This document shows positions 14,281 to 28,310 of a DNA stretch of 64,000 bases, one piece after another. Position 1 is the first letter of the stretch. The number at the start of each line of letters is the position of its first letter. The notes under the pieces were generated by a model, which was not told where the DNA came from, made no database searches, and was given only the letters and a program-made list of their open reading frames with translations. Both the position numbers and the translations under genes were made by a program. Source of the DNA: Eledone cirrhosa (taxonomy: Eukaryota); the NCBI GenBank assembly GCA_964016885.1, contig OZ024747.1:81468001-81532000 (forward strand), given 5' to 3'.

Positions 14281-14490
14281 TAATAATAATAATAATAATA
14301 ATAACGAAAATTATTGTGTACAGTGCTCAGGTGTACTACAACTCATCAAAGGTGCATGTATAGTACATAGAATAATGTACAAATGTCAGGAAAGTGAACA
14401 GTGTATGAGTCATGATATACACACAGATACATGCATGTATATCAGGTATAGTGTTGGTGAATTTCAGGAATAATGGAAGTTTCTCGAAAT
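14281..14490 (-). mobile_element. Probable non-LTR retrotransposon 3' end with (TAT)n tail
   Basis: Unique segment ending ...gagcactgtacacaataattttcgt(tat)n on the minus strand. Family not identified. Confidence 0.35.
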
Positions 14491-14784
14491 AATAACGTTT
14501 ATTATCAATATTTATTAATCTAAAGACATCTATTTAAACATTTAAATATATATTTCACCTAGTATCACCAATAACTGTTATGACTCTCATTGCTTCCTGG
14601 AATAACTATATGACAATAATTCAGTAATTTATCTTCAAAATAGTTTTTGAGACCCTTATGGAATTGGTTGCCTAGCTAATACGATAATGATATTTGTGGA
14701 GCATATGAAAACATTATAAGAGAGAGAAAGAACAAAAAAACAAAACAAAAGTGGGTGATATGAATAAATGATTATGTGTATGAG

Positions 14785-14884
<100 letters not shown>

Positions 14885-15489
14885 TATAAATGTGTATAAG
14901 TTTATGTTTGTGTATATATACATACTCACAAATGGATGTGAATATGCATGTTTTTATATGTGTGTGCGTATATATTTCTCTCTTACTCTCTCTTTCCCTC
15001 TCCATATATATATATATGAAGTGTGAAAACAAAAATGTCATGTCACAAAGTTACAAGAAGTTATCAAAAGCAAGATATTTTAGCATTTTCTTTTACCAAC
15101 ATTGGTGCTTTTCAAAAGTTCACACATCTTTGTCAGTAATAACCATCCTCATTTATCTTGAAGTCAAATCATTGCAAGTTATTTTAGTTATCAAGAACAT
15201 TAAACTCTGATACAGCACTTGTCAAAAATGATGTATATATATGTGCATTTTTAATGGAAACCCCTTAAATTATATGCAAGTGTTAAACATGGTTAGAGTG
15301 TTGTGCTCATGATCATAAAATTGTGAATTTGTTTCCTTGCCTGGGAAATGCATTGTATCCTTGAGCAATTTACTTCATTTCACATTGCTCTATTCCACTG
15401 AGCTAGAAAAAAATGAGTTGCAACAACATTGGTGTCAGGCTGTATCAGCCTCTCCATTTCACTTGGTTTGGAGATGGTAGATTGCTATG

Positions 15490-15573
15490 CATAGGCAACT
15501 GATACATAGGCAACTTCTTACTTAGGCAACTGATACATAGGCAACTGATACATAGGCAACTTCTTACCTAGGC
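15490..15573. repeat. Short tandem repeat (taggcaactgataca / taggcaacttcttac) x5
   Basis: taggcaact recurs five times at 15-17 bp spacing. Confidence 0.85.
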
Positions 15574-15674
15574 TTGTGTCTTGTAGAGTAGTTTTCCAGG
15601 AATAAACCCATTATGAAAGATGGCTTTTATGAGTGTATCTGTATTCATATGTATGTGTGTGGGTGCATCATTAT

Positions 15675-15867
15675 GTCAGTATCGGTAGAGGGTCAGATGC
15701 CATGCTTTGCAGCATAGAGTTACGGCCTTTTACGGTCTGAGTTGAAATCCTGCTGAGGTTAACTTTGCCTTTCATCCTTATGGGGTCGATAAAATAAAGT
15801 ACCAGTAATGCACTTTCCTTTTCCCTTCGATTTGTTGGATTTGCGCTAAAAGTAGAAGCAATTATCA
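15675..15867 (+). mobile_element. SINE family A copy
   Basis: cagtatcggtagagggtcagatgcc...aaagtaccagtaatgcact...aaaagtagaagcaattat. Confidence 0.88.
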
Positions 15868-16768
15868 TTTTTACATCCTTTTCCTATGTTTGCATGGGTC
15901 GCAAGTATCTTTTCCATGACAGTGTTCTTCTACTCTTTCCTTTGCCATCTCCTTTTTGATGTGCCACATTCTGAGGTCCATTTTCACCACTTTCACCAAT
16001 ATTTTAAAAGTCTTCTGAATGACACCGGAAAAATCTTCAACAGTTGTGAAACAAAGAATCACCTTACTAATTTATAAAGCTGAAAGCAGTGCATAGCCAA
16101 TTAATTAGAAATACATGTACATCAGCTCACACATAATTAAAATACCAGACTACTAACTTTCTCAATTGTTCTCAGCACCATTTTCATACTAACCTGCATT
16201 ACTTAATGCAACTCATTGAACTTTATGGAAAGACGTATTCTCTAGAGTCGAGCACAAATATTAATTGAATTCACCAAAACTATTTCAAGTATTTTGGCAA
16301 ACTGGACTAACCAATACACTGCTGAAGAATGTCTTTCACACTTCCAGACAAGGAGTTAGCTGTCCAAAAATAGATATCAAATATTGTCCACTAAGTGCAA
16401 GCTTTCCACATAATCCTTTGTATTCAGATAGTGTTCTCAAAGCTTCTTTTGTTTCTTATGGACCAGAGTGTGTGTACAGTGGTCATGAGAATAGTTACTA
16501 AGGAGCGATGATTGAGGCTGAGTTATGGAGGGGTCAGATCACATGTTTATGCTTGAGTCTTCTCTAGTGCTGCATGTCACTATTTTTTGTGGCCTAATCA
16601 TGAAGATTGGTCTTCACTACTTCTTACTTGGCCAACCTCTTCCACATATCCCATCTACTGATATTTCTTTGTATTTCTTTACATACATTCATACATCATT
16701 TTATATCCAGATTCCCATACTTGTATGGGTTGGATGGGTTCTTTCCATCACAGCCTCCCACCACTCAT

Positions 16769-16955
16769 AATTGTTTTTACTTTTGGCACAAGGCCAGCAA
16801 TTATCTCAGTGTATTACTGATACTTTATTTTATCAACCCCGTAAGGATGAGAGGCAAAGTTAACCTCGGCAGGATTTGAACTCAGACCATATAGGGCCGT
16901 AACTCTTTGCTGCAAAGCATAGCATCCGACCCTCTGCCGATACTGCCAATTCACC
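16769..16955 (-). mobile_element. SINE family A copy
   Basis: Family consensus on the reverse strand with flanking direct repeat ccactcataat. Confidence 0.9.
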
Positions 16956-18197
16956 ACTCATAATATTCCTTTATCATCTAAGTGAGGGTGAGCATTTTTA
17001 GTTCAGTTCGAACTACATCTTCCCCAGTTTTTCTCAGTCTATTACAGCTTTTTTTCACTGGCATCTACTGGCATTTCATCACAGTGACTGATCATCATCC
17101 AAACACATACTAGCACAAATTACTGAGAAGTGTTAGTGCCTTTTCATATTAGTGTGTTTATATATGCTTGCTTGTGTTAGTGTAAGATTGTGTGCACATA
17201 TGTATGTGTTTCCTATCTTGGGTATGAGTACATGTTCAAATCCGTATATTCAAATTTTGTATTTTCCAAGTGTGTATGTATGAGAGTGGAGGAATAGATG
17301 CATAAAGACAGAATTGAAATAGATAGAGAGAAAGAAGGGGAGAGATGTATTTTATGCCAATATCATCTGTTATTTATTGAAACCACAAAATTGTAAATAA
17401 TTTAGTAAAGTTTTAAAAGATAATGAAAAAGAGAGAGACAAAATAAAAATGACATAACAACTTGGAATCCTGAAAAAGATAACAATATTATATTTTTCTA
17501 TCAATTCCTAACTTTAAAACGAAAGAAAGAAATTTTTACATTAAAAACATTGTTTTCAAATAGGTGCACCATATGGTACTTACAACAAGACACCATATGC
17601 TACCAGAGTGAAATGAATGAGAATAAAATGTTAATTAAGGTAATAATTTCTATCTATTAGCATTTTATAAAGCCTCTTTAGGGTATTAAAATAGAATATT
17701 TATTCTTCTCCTTGTCTGGAAGTGTGGGCTAAGATCATGAGATCTATTCATATTTAAAATTGTCAGCTATATATATTATATATATTCTGTTTTTCATATA
17801 ATGGTTACAGTCAATAGATTGCGAGCATGGCGGTGCTTAAAAGGATATTGGTGATCATATCATATATGGAAGTGAACTCTTTAACCACATAGCCATTGCT
17901 GCATTCCTACCCTGTTCAAACCTCATCAAACTTGTCATCCACCCATGACAACATACTTGTTATTCTCCTCTCCTCTCCCACCTATTGTCAATTACTCATG
18001 TCATTCATACTGGTCATCTTTCTCACCCCTTCCAATCTCTATTACTCATGCTCCACCATTCTTAACCACAATTCTCATTTGGAACAAGTCACCATCAATC
18101 TCCCTGATTGGCAATATGTAGTGAAATGTGTATGGCTCCTCATGCACAAATGAGTTGGACAGGACAGGTACACTGGGGATGTGGCAGGGAAATAGAC

Positions 18198-18385
18198 GGC
18201 AGTATCGGTAGAGGGTCGGATGCCATGCTTTGACGCATAGAGTTACAGCCCTTGCCATTCTGAGTTCAAATCCCGCCGAGGTTAACTTTGCCTTTCATCG
18301 TTATGGGGTTGATAAAATAAAGTACCAGTAATACACTGGGTAATGGCTGGCCTTGTGCCAAAAAAGTAGAAACAATCATCAATTA
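18198..18385 (+). mobile_element. SINE family A copy abutting an RTE fragment
   Basis: ggcagtatcggtagagggtcggatgcc...gtagaaacaatcatc. Confidence 0.9.
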
Positions 18386-18391
18386 TTGTTA

Positions 18392-19118
18392 ACGCAGACT
18401 AGAGAGGAACGAAGCTTGCATGCTCCGCTGGATGTGTAACAGTAATATACGTGAACGGCAAAGCATAAACGAACTAAGGAAAAAATTAGAGATAAGAGGG
18501 ATCAGATGTTGTTTACTCGAGAGAAGGCTGCGTTGGTATGGACACGTGATGCGCATGAAAGTCGATAGCTGTATTACAAAGTGCAGGGCAATAAAGATAG
18601 ACGGTAGCCACGGAATAGGCAGACCTAGAAAAACATGGGATGAGCTGATAAACTCCGACCTCACACACTTACACCTCTCCAAGACAATGTCACTGGACCG
18701 AGACCTTTGGCGGTACTCAGTAACAGAGAAGACCCGCCTTGCCAGTAGGCATCTCTAACAAAATACACCCCGTCCCGCCACCACCCCCACTCCATCCACA
18801 CCACCCCGTTCTATGTAAAGTTATGTTGGTGCCGCGCCATCCAGGCCGAAACAAATGAGATCGTGTAGGTGTCACGACAAAAAAACACACAGTCCACGCT
18901 GTAATGTGGCCGTGTAGGCAACACGGTAAAAACCTCCCAGACCCACACTGTAAATGTGGTTGGTGTTAGGAAGGGCATCCAACTGTAGAAAACCTGCCAG
19001 ACAGTCCTATGCGAGCAAGACAATCACTCTTGCCTCAAGTGGGACTACCCCCGTCCAAACCCATGCAAGCGTGGAACACGGACGTTAAACGTTGATGATG
19101 ATGATGATGATGATGATG
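18392..19118 (+). mobile_element. RTE LINE 3' fragment, sister subfamily of the 25279-26977 element
   Basis: ORF 18420-18758 ([20 protein letters not shown]...[12 protein letters not shown]...GRPRKTW) is highly similar to the C-terminus of the 25317 ORF. 3'UTR and (GAT)n tail present. Confidence 0.93.
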
Positions 19119-19460
19119 TCTATTTCCCTGCGGCACAGTTAAGTCCCTTTACGGACTGAGTTCAAATCCCGCCGAGGTTAATTTTGCCTTTCATCGTTAT
19201 GGGGTCGATAAAATAAAGTACCAGTAATACACTGGATAATTGCTGGCCTTGTGCCAAAAAAGTAGAAACAATTATCAATTATTGTTAATGATGTCTATTT
19301 CCCTGCGGCACAATTAAGTCCCTTTACGGACTGAGTTCAAATCCTGCCGAGGTTAACTTTGCCTTTCATCCTTACGGGGTCGATAAAATAAAGTACCAGT
19401 AATACACTGGATAATTGCTGGCCTTGTGCCAAAAGTAGAAACAATTATCAATTATTGTTA
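19113..19460 (+). repeat. Tandem duplication (2 x ~174 bp) of a 5'-altered SINE family A segment
   Basis: Units 19113-19287 and 19288-19460 each start atgatgtctatttccctgcggcaca and end acaattatcaattattgtta. Confidence 0.9.
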
Positions 19461-19942
19461 AACACCTATTTTTCATGCCTGCCTGGGCCAGATGAGCTGC
19501 ATTGCTTTGAGACTAGGCTGTCAATGTGAGAAGGGCACAGGCTATATGTCAATTCTACTTAAATTCACTTTTCAAATTGGTGGAGACTGTAAAAGACAGT
19601 GGTTTAATATTATGAGGCATTTCTCCAGAGGGGGAGGTGGTATATATAAAAGAAATCAACATTCAGAACTGAATCAAAAGCACAGGTAAGTCAAAATGAG
19701 TAAAAGAGAGTAGCAAGTCAGTGGATAGAATAGAAAAAGGAAAACAAGATGAAAGTAATTCAAGCACATACAAACACAAATAGTTCTTGTTGTTTGAGGT
19801 GAAGATGAAGCATCAGTGGATGTTGGAAGATGGAAGTAATTACTGGTATCTATTGGAGCATGACCAGGTGTTGCTGCTGAAGGGTGTGGTATCCACAAAC
19901 ACACAATCACACACACTCCCAAACATATATATACATATATAT

Positions 19943-20130
19943 AAAGAGTCAGGACCCCGACGGCTGAGCTCCGGCCGTTTTGACAGTTGTTTGGATCTAG
20001 CTGTCGAAACGGCCGGAGCTCAGCCATCAGCGTCCTGACTCTTTTTCTATTACCCACTCTACTACCCTAAGTATTGGGTACTCTGGTGGGTTATGGTCCA
20101 CCTGGTATCTTACCACACCTTCTTTGTTAG
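19943..20130 (+). mobile_element. Hairpin+tail element family H copy (diverged)
   Basis: aaagagtcaggaccccgacggctgagctccggccg...cggccggagctcagccatcagcgtcctgactcttt, then tail tattacccactctactaccctaagtattgggtactctgg. Confidence 0.78.
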
Positions 20131-20156
20131 TTATATATATATATATATATATATAC

Positions 20157-20365
20157 AGTCCACGCTGTAATGTGGCCGTGTAGGTAACACGGTAAAAAGC
20201 TCCCAGTCCACACTGTAAATGTGGTTGGTGTTAGGAAGGGCATCCACCCATAGAAAACCTGCCAGATAGTCCTATACAAGCAAGACACGGTCACCCAACC
20301 AATTCCCGTCTAACCCATCCTAGCGTGGAAGATAGACGTTAAGCGATGATGATGATGATGATGAT
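20157..20365 (+). mobile_element. RTE LINE 3'UTR fragment
   Basis: cagtccacgctgtaatgtggccgtgtagg...gttggtgttaggaagggcatcc...cccgtctaacccatcctagcgtggaagatagacgttaagcg(atg)n. Confidence 0.88.
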
Positions 20366-21032
20366 ATCAAGTATGGATCCATAGAAGTTTCTGGCTTAGA
20401 GATCCAGAAGCCATTAATTTTATTTCTCTACCTTTGCTTAATCATTTTGAATATTGTAGCCTTCTGTGGTTTCCCCATACAAAATAAAGTATTGTGCAAA
20501 ATAAAAAAAGACAAGTGGAGGGACACTGTACTGGAAAATATTCAAACAGTCCATGTAAACAAGGAAATACAAATGTGAAAATGATGATGAGGATACTGCT
20601 TCTGGGGATGCTACATATGCATATATACATAACATAGAGTTGGAATAGATTTCTAGGTAAGACAAGCTGGAAATGAAATTCTGCTTCATAACAGACCCAA
20701 TGTCAATACTAGCACAATGAACAAAGGATATACTTAGTATGCTAGAAGAATTGTTGAAGTACATTATATAACAGATGGAGATATATACAACAGATAAGAG
20801 ACATGTGAAATATATAGATATTTTGTGCTAAATTATGTATTTGATGTAAAAATGATAAATGTGAATGAGGCGAGTATGTTTAAAGCAAATGCAAAAGTTG
20901 ATAATTCATATAATTTATCTTGAAATCTCATATAAAACATGTAAAGCAGAAATATATACAGAACAGATATAGTTATATATTTAAAGCTCTAGTCTTGTTG
21001 TTTAGCCTGAGATCAAGACTGATTGATGTTTG

Positions 21033-22266
21033 TGTGGTGGTGGTGGTGGTGGTAATAGAATGGTGGAGGTGATGTAGTGGTGGTGGTGGTGATATAGTGG
21101 CGGTGATATAGTGGTGGTGGTGATGTAGTGGTGGTGGTGATGTGGTGGTGATGTAGTGATGGTGGTGATGTAGTGGTGGTGGTGATGTGGTGGTGATGTA
21201 GTGATGGTGGTGATATAGTGGTGGTGGTGATATAGTGGTGGTGGTGATGTAGTGGTGGTGATGTAGTGATGGTGGTGATGTAGTGGTGGTGGTGATATAG
21301 TGGTGGTGGTGATGTAGCGGTGGTGGTGATGTAGTGGTGGTGGTGATGTAGTGGTGATGTAGTGATGGTGGTGGTGGTGATGTAGTGGTGGTGATGTAGT
21401 GGTGGTGATATAGTGGTGGTGGTGATGTAGTGGTGGTGGTGATGTAGTGGTGGTGGTGATGTAGTGGTGGTGGTGATGTAGTGGTGGTGGTGATGTAGTG
21501 GTGATGTAGTGATGGTGGTGGTGGTGATGTAGTGGTGGTGGTGGTGATGTAGTTGTGGTGGTGATATAGTGGTGGTGGTGATGTAGTGGTGGTGGTGATG
21601 TAGTGGTGGTGGTGATGTAGTGGTGGTGGTGGTGATGTAGTGGTGGTGGTGATGTAGTGGTGATGTAGTGATGGTGGTGGTGGTGATGTAGTGGTGGTGG
21701 TGGTGATGTAGTTGTGGTGGTGATATAGTGGTGGTGGTGATGTAGTGGTGGTGGTGATGTGGTGGTGATGTGGTGGTGATGTAGTGATGGAGGTGGTGGT
21801 GATGTAGTGGTGGTGATGTAGTGGTGGTGGTGATATAGTGGTGGTGGTGATGAAATGGTGGTGATGTAGTGGTGGTGGTGGTGATGATGTAGTGGTGGTG
21901 GTGGTGATGTAGTTGTGGTGGTGATGTAGTGGTGGTGGTGATGAGATGGTGGTGATGTAGTGGTGGTGGTGGTGGTGATGATGATGTAGTGGTGGTTGTG
22001 ATGTAGTGGTGGTGGTGGTGATGTAGTTGTGGTGGTGATGTAGTGGTGGTGGTGATGTAGTGGTGGTGGTGGTGATGTAGTGGTGGTGGTGATGTAGTGG
22101 TGGTGGTGATGTTGCAGTGGTGGTGGTGATGTAGTGGTGGTTGTGATGTAGTGGTGGTTGTGATGCTGATGTAGTGGTGGTTGTGTTGGTGATATAGTGG
22201 TGGTGGAGATATAGTGGTGGTGGTGATATAGTGGTGGTGGTGATGTAGTGGTGGTGGTGGTGGTGA
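21033..22266 (+). repeat. 1.2-kb minisatellite of (GTG)3-6-AT[GA]TA variant units (commonest GTGGTGGTGGTGATGTA)
   Basis: Directly visible and almost C-free on the + strand. Confidence 0.97.
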
Positions 22267-22498
22267 ACTAGTGCTTGCTGTTCTTATTTAAAAGTATCAA
22301 TGTGCAGCTATGTTTTATTCCAAACAAAAAGAATCAATAAAGCAAATGAACAATAACAATAAAAATTAATCAGATCTTTCACTGATTTAGTTTCAGTTAT
22401 TTGACTGGTCTGTGTTCATATAGGAGCTATGTCGGGGGGTTTCAGCAATTATATGCCATTTCCCAGATGAATACACTAACATAACATCAAATCTAACA

Positions 22499-22570
22499 TC
22501 CCATGTGGTCTAGTGGTTAGGATTCCTGGCTTTCACCGATGTGGCATGGGTTTGATTCCCGGCATGGGAA
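22499..22570 (+). pseudogene. tRNA-Glu(TTC) gene, probably pseudogenised
   Basis: 72 nt TCCCATGTGGTCTAGTGGTTAGGATTCCTGGCTTTCACCGATGTGGCATGGGTTTGATTCCCGGCATGGGAA. Acceptor stem intact and anticodon TTC, but two anticodon-stem mismatches, a T-stem mismatch and TTTGA instead of TTCGA. TTTT terminator at 22577-22580, no CCA. Confidence 0.88.
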
Positions 22571-22832
22571 CGCATGTTTTGCCAGGTGGTGCTATTAAGT
22601 TAGACTTGACCTGGACCAATACTGGCCAAAACCTATCAAAGTTATATTCAAAATTCATAATTTGCTCAACACTTCTTAAAAATAAGATTATATACATACA
22701 TATCCTTTCAACTAGCAACAGCTCTAAATCAATGTAGGAGCATACAGGAAAATATACAAAATATCTTTATGAATAATATATACAAATTTAAGTTTGTGAC
22801 AAATTTATATTTCTGTGGCATTAATAATTACG

Positions 22833-22917
22833 TCCTTACGGGGTCGATAAAATAAAGTACCAGTAATACACTGGGATAATTACTGGCCTTGTGCCAAAAG
22901 TAGAAACAATTAATAAT
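22833..22917 (+). mobile_element. SINE family A 3' fragment
   Basis: tccttacggggtcgataaaataaagtaccag...gtagaaacaatt, flanked by the repeat ttaataattac. Confidence 0.85.
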
Positions 22918-24257
22918 TACATAATGCTGCAATCACACAACCACCAATTTAACTCCATCAGACAACATCTTAAGTAATAAGATTGTTCTGTAACATTTCT
23001 AATGTAATACATGTTATCATTATAGAGATGGGTGAATTTAATGTGGGCCATATGAGAGTTTGGAAGTATACACCTGATGTTGAGTGCTTGAAATTAATTG
23101 CATAATTGTTTATAAGTCAGAAACAGTGGCATCATCGATTACCTCCTCCTGCTTTTGCTGCAGCAAAGTGTGTGATGATCGTCACAAGCTTAAAATTCAT
23201 GCTGGGTGCTTTTTGTTGTGATGCTAACATGACCACTTTACAGTGTGGACTGGGTGGTTTTTGCCATGAGACCTACACAACCACTTTACACTGTTGGCTG
23301 GAGACTTCACTGGATGTATGCTTCAGCCTGTCCTTATGGAAATGTATGGAAGTAGGTAGGGTCGGATGGTGCATGCTATTTATATACTTCAGTCTTGGCT
23401 TGTGCCCATGAGAGTCTGTAACACCAGAGATAGTAAACTAACATTATGTTAGAAACAGAACAGAAGAAAGTAAATCGGAGAAACATATGATATGCGCTGT
23501 GATGGAGATACTCATTCAATTTCCAAATCTTTCAGAGCATGCTAAAATGAACCTTACTAACAACAACAGCAGGAATAAAACCTAAGACAGCAGTAAAATT
23601 AACAATAGCAATAATAACTACAACAAAAAGGAACATCAGCAAGAGTAGAATGAACAAAAGCAAAAGAGGGAAATTATATATCACTATGTTGAAAGAATAG
23701 AGCTAGATAATGTAGCTATACAACCAACCAATCCTTAGGTTTTTGAACTGTACACATTACATTTACATTGACACACACACCTACATACATACATAGCTTA
23801 GATTCCACTGAAAACAATTTTTTGGTTAAGATGTTCGCCTTATTGCAGAATTGAAAGTATTAAGTGTTGCCTTCCATTAAACAATTAATCAACCAGCAAG
23901 AAGGATATGGAAAGACAAAAGAAGTGATAGGAAGAGATAGAGAGACAGTGTGGGTATCACGAGGAGGAAATGATAGAGAATGGAGCAAGTCATTTGTAAG
24001 AGAATAGGGAAATAAAGCCAGCAAGGAGGGAGAGAGAGCAAGAAAGTGAGAATATAGAAAGTGAAATAGGGTTTTGTGGAGTCAGCAAATGTTAAAAATT
24101 GAGAGTGGATTGACATTGTGAATTATATCAGCCCAAATTATATCATTAAATATTAAGGAATAGTTATATAGACATAGTCTCATGAATGAGCATACAGTCA
24201 CCATCACAGATACATATAGAAAGACACACATTAAACATACACATACATATATATATG

Positions 24258-24319
<62 letters not shown>

Positions 24320-24397
24320 TACATATATATACACATATATATATATATACAAATATATACATATATATATATACACTTATATATATATATATATATA

Positions 24398-24604
24398 TAA
24401 CGAAGGAAATGTGGTAAGGAACCAGATGGACCATAACGCACCAAAGTACTCAATACTTAGGGTAGTAGAGTGGGTAATAGAAACGAGTGGGACCCCGACG
24501 GCTGAGCACAAGCCGTTTCGACGGCTAATTCTGGACTAATAGTAGTCCAGAATTAGCCGTCGAAACGGCTTAAGCTCAGCCGTCGGGGTCCCACTCGTTC
24601 CTAT
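24398..24604 (-). mobile_element. Hairpin+tail element family H (half-hammerhead), copy in (TA)n
   Basis: Palindrome 24477-24604 containing gaaa-cggct-(loop)-agccg-tc-ggggtc. Tail shared with 19943-20130, 30240-30429 and 56301-56419. Confidence 0.8.
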
Positions 24605-24686
24605 ATACATATATGTATATATACACATATATATATATTTATACACATATATATATATTTATACACGTATATATATATATATACAC

Positions 24687-24771
<85 letters not shown>

Positions 24772-24942
24772 CACATATATATATATATATATACATATAT
24801 ATACATATATATATACATATATATATATATATACACATATATATACATATATATACACATATATATACACATATATATACATATATATATATATACATAC
24901 ATATATATATATACATACATATATATATATATATATATACAC

Positions 24943-24975
<33 letters not shown>

Positions 24976-25182
24976 TATATATCTACACATATATATACAT
25001 ATATATATATATATACACATATATATATATACATATATATATACACATATATATATATATACATATATATATACACACATATATATATACATATATATAT
25101 ATATACATATATATACATATATATATATACATATATATATATACATATATATACATATATATATATACATATATATATATAC

Positions 25183-25219
<37 letters not shown>

Positions 25220-25243
25220 CACATATATATACATATATATACT

Positions 25244-25277
<34 letters not shown>

Positions 25278-25278
25278 C

Positions 25279-26977
25279 ACACAGAAAGAGTTATAGCACA
25301 GCTGATTAGGGACCGGGTGAATATAGACGAGATGCAATTTGGGTTTGTTCCAGGGAAAGGCACCACTGATGCGCTCTTCCTTGTGAGGCAATTACAGGAA
25401 AAGTACCTAGCTAAAAGTAAGCCACTCTACTTGGCATTTGTCGACCTTGAGAAAGCCTTTGACAGAGTTCCACGTGCAGTAATCTGGTGGGCTCTTAGAA
25501 AACTAGGAGTAGATGAATGGCTTGTGAAAGCGGTACAAGCCATGTATAGGGGAGCAGTCAGCAAAGTTAGGATTGGCAATGAGTATAGCGAGGAATTTAG
25601 CGTACAGGTTGGGGTCCACCAGGGCTCTGTTCTTAGCCCTCTCCTGTTCATCATAGTCCTGCAGGCAATAACGGAGGAGTTTAAGACCGGATGCCCATGG
25701 GAACTCCTGTATGCTGATGACCTCGCACTCATAGCTGAATCTATGGTAGAACTAGAGAATAAATTCCAAACCTGGAAGCAGGGACTAGAGAGAAAGGGCC
25801 TCAAAGTCAACATGACAAAGACTAAGGTCCTTATAAGTAGACGAGAAAACAGAACCCAGATCCCCTCAGGGAAATGGCCTTGCTCAGTATGTAGGAAAGG
25901 TGTAGGTAGGAACTCCATTCTTTGCCCCAAATGCAAACAATGGGTACACAAGAGATGTAGCGGGATCTCAGGAAGCTTAATTAAGAATGTAGGATTCACA
26001 TGCAGCAGCTGTGCTGAAACAGCAAGCAAACAGCCACAGGAAACAAGTACCACCAATCTCTGGGAGGGCCCTGTAGAAACAGTAGACAGCTTCTGCTACC
26101 TAGGTGACCGAATTAGCAACGGAGGTGGGTGCTCAGAAAGTACAATAACTAGGGTAAGAACGGGATGGAAGAAGTTTAGGGAACTACTACCACTGCTAGC
26201 TGCAAAAGGCTTCTCCCTCAGAATGAAAGGCAGACTGTATGATGCGTGTATCCGAACAGCGATGTTGCATGGTAGTGAGACCTGGGCGCTGAAGGTGGAA
26301 GACTTACGTAGATTAGAGAGAAACGAAGCCTGCATGCTCCGATGGATGTGTAACAGTAATATACGTGAACGACAAAGCATAAATGAATTGAGAGAGAGAC
26401 TGAGCATAAGAGGAATCAAATGCTGCGTGCAGGAGAGGCGGTTACGCTGGTATGGACATGTGATGCGTATGAAGGATGACAGCTGCATAAAAAGGTGCAG
26501 AGCACTAGAAGTTGATGGAAACCGCGGAGTGGGGAGACCCAAGATGACTTGGGATGAGGTGATAAAAGCCGACTTTACCCAACTACACCTCTCAAAGTCA
26601 ATGACACACGACCGTGACTTCTGGCGTCACGCAGTAATACAGGGTACCCGACCTCCCATGGGTACATGCTGAAGCATATACACAATATGCCCCCCCCCCC
26701 CACCGCAAGGTGGTCGTGGAGGTGCCACGGCAAAAAAGCACCCAGCCCACACTGTAAAGTGGACGTGTAGGCGCCACGAAAAAGCACCCAGCACTCACTG
26801 TAAATGAGGTTGGTGTTAGGAAGGGCATCCAGCTGTAGAAATCAAGCCAGATCAGTTCCTGTATGAGCAAGGCATGGTCAGCCGACCAGACACTGCCCAT
26901 AACAGGACAACCCGTCTAACCCATGCTAGCGTGGAAGAACGGACGTAAAACGGTGATGATGATGATGATGATGATGA
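25279..26977 (+). mobile_element. Young RTE LINE copy (ORF + 3'UTR + (GAT)n tail) inserted in a (TA)/(CA) microsatellite
   Basis: The ORF above is followed by a 3'UTR containing gttggtgttaggaagggcatccagctgtagaaa and ending cccgtctaacccatgctagcgtggaagaacggacgtaaaacg(gtgat)(gat)n. Both flanks are TA-rich repeat. Confidence 0.95.
25281..26672 (+). CDS. 5'-truncated RTE-clade LINE ORF: reverse transcriptase with an internal PHD-type zinc finger and C-terminal domain
   Basis: Open frame from 25281 ([22 protein letters not shown]) containing [51 protein letters not shown] and GRPKMTW. C4-H-C3 motif at 25881-26012. Confidence 0.95.
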   Translation, partial: TERVIAQLIRDRVNIDEMQFGFVPGKGTTDALFLVRQLQEKYLAKSKPLYLAFVDLEKAFDRVPRAVIWWALRKLGVDEWLVKAVQAMYRGAVSKVRIGNEYSEEFSVQVGVHQGSVLSPLLFIIVLQAITEEFKTGCPWELLYADDLALIAESMVELENKFQTWKQGLERKGLKVNMTKTKVLISRRENRTQIPSGKWPCSVCRKGVGRNSILCPKCKQWVHKRCSGISGSLIKNVGFTCSSCAETASKQPQETSTTNLWEGPVETVDSFCYLGDRISNGGGCSESTITRVRTGWKKFRELLPLLAAKGFSLRMKGRLYDACIRTAMLHGSETWALKVEDLRRLERNEACMLRWMCNSNIRERQSINELRERLSIRGIKCCVQERRLRWYGHVMRMKDDSCIKRCRALEVDGNRGVGRPKMTWDEVIKADFTQLHLSKSMTHDRDFWRHAVIQGTRPPMGTC

Positions 26978-27264
26978 CACATATATATAAATACATACAT
27001 ATATATATATATATATAAGGATTAAAATACTGGAGCGTGCTGGAGTTAAACACCCTCTTCGTATTATAGAAATGACAGTAAAAGGTATAGCTCAATGTAA
27101 TTAAACAGAGCCGAAGAATTATGAAAGTATATATATATATATATACACATATATATATATATATATTCACATATAGATATACATATACACATATATATAT
27201 ATACATATATATATACATATATATATATACACATATATATATATATACATATATAGTAATAATA

Positions 27265-27311
<47 letters not shown>

Positions 27312-27408
27312 CATATAATAATACATATAATAATATATATATATACATATATATATATATACATATATATATCTATATATATATATATACATATATATAT
27401 ATAAACAC

Positions 27409-27467
<59 letters not shown>

Positions 27468-27492
27468 TATACATATATATATATATATACAC

Positions 27493-27527
<35 letters not shown>

Positions 27528-27571
27528 TATACATATATATATATATACACATATATACACACATATATATA

Positions 27572-28310
<739 letters not shown>

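Noticed and set aside
21033-22266. Possible CRISPR-like or coding (His/Thr-rich) array
   Set aside because: No unique spacers, eukaryotic context, and frequent stops and frameshifts from variable unit length.
25427-26542. Antisense ORFs of 209 and 148 aa
   Set aside because: Shadow frames of the RTE RT ORF with no recognisable motifs.
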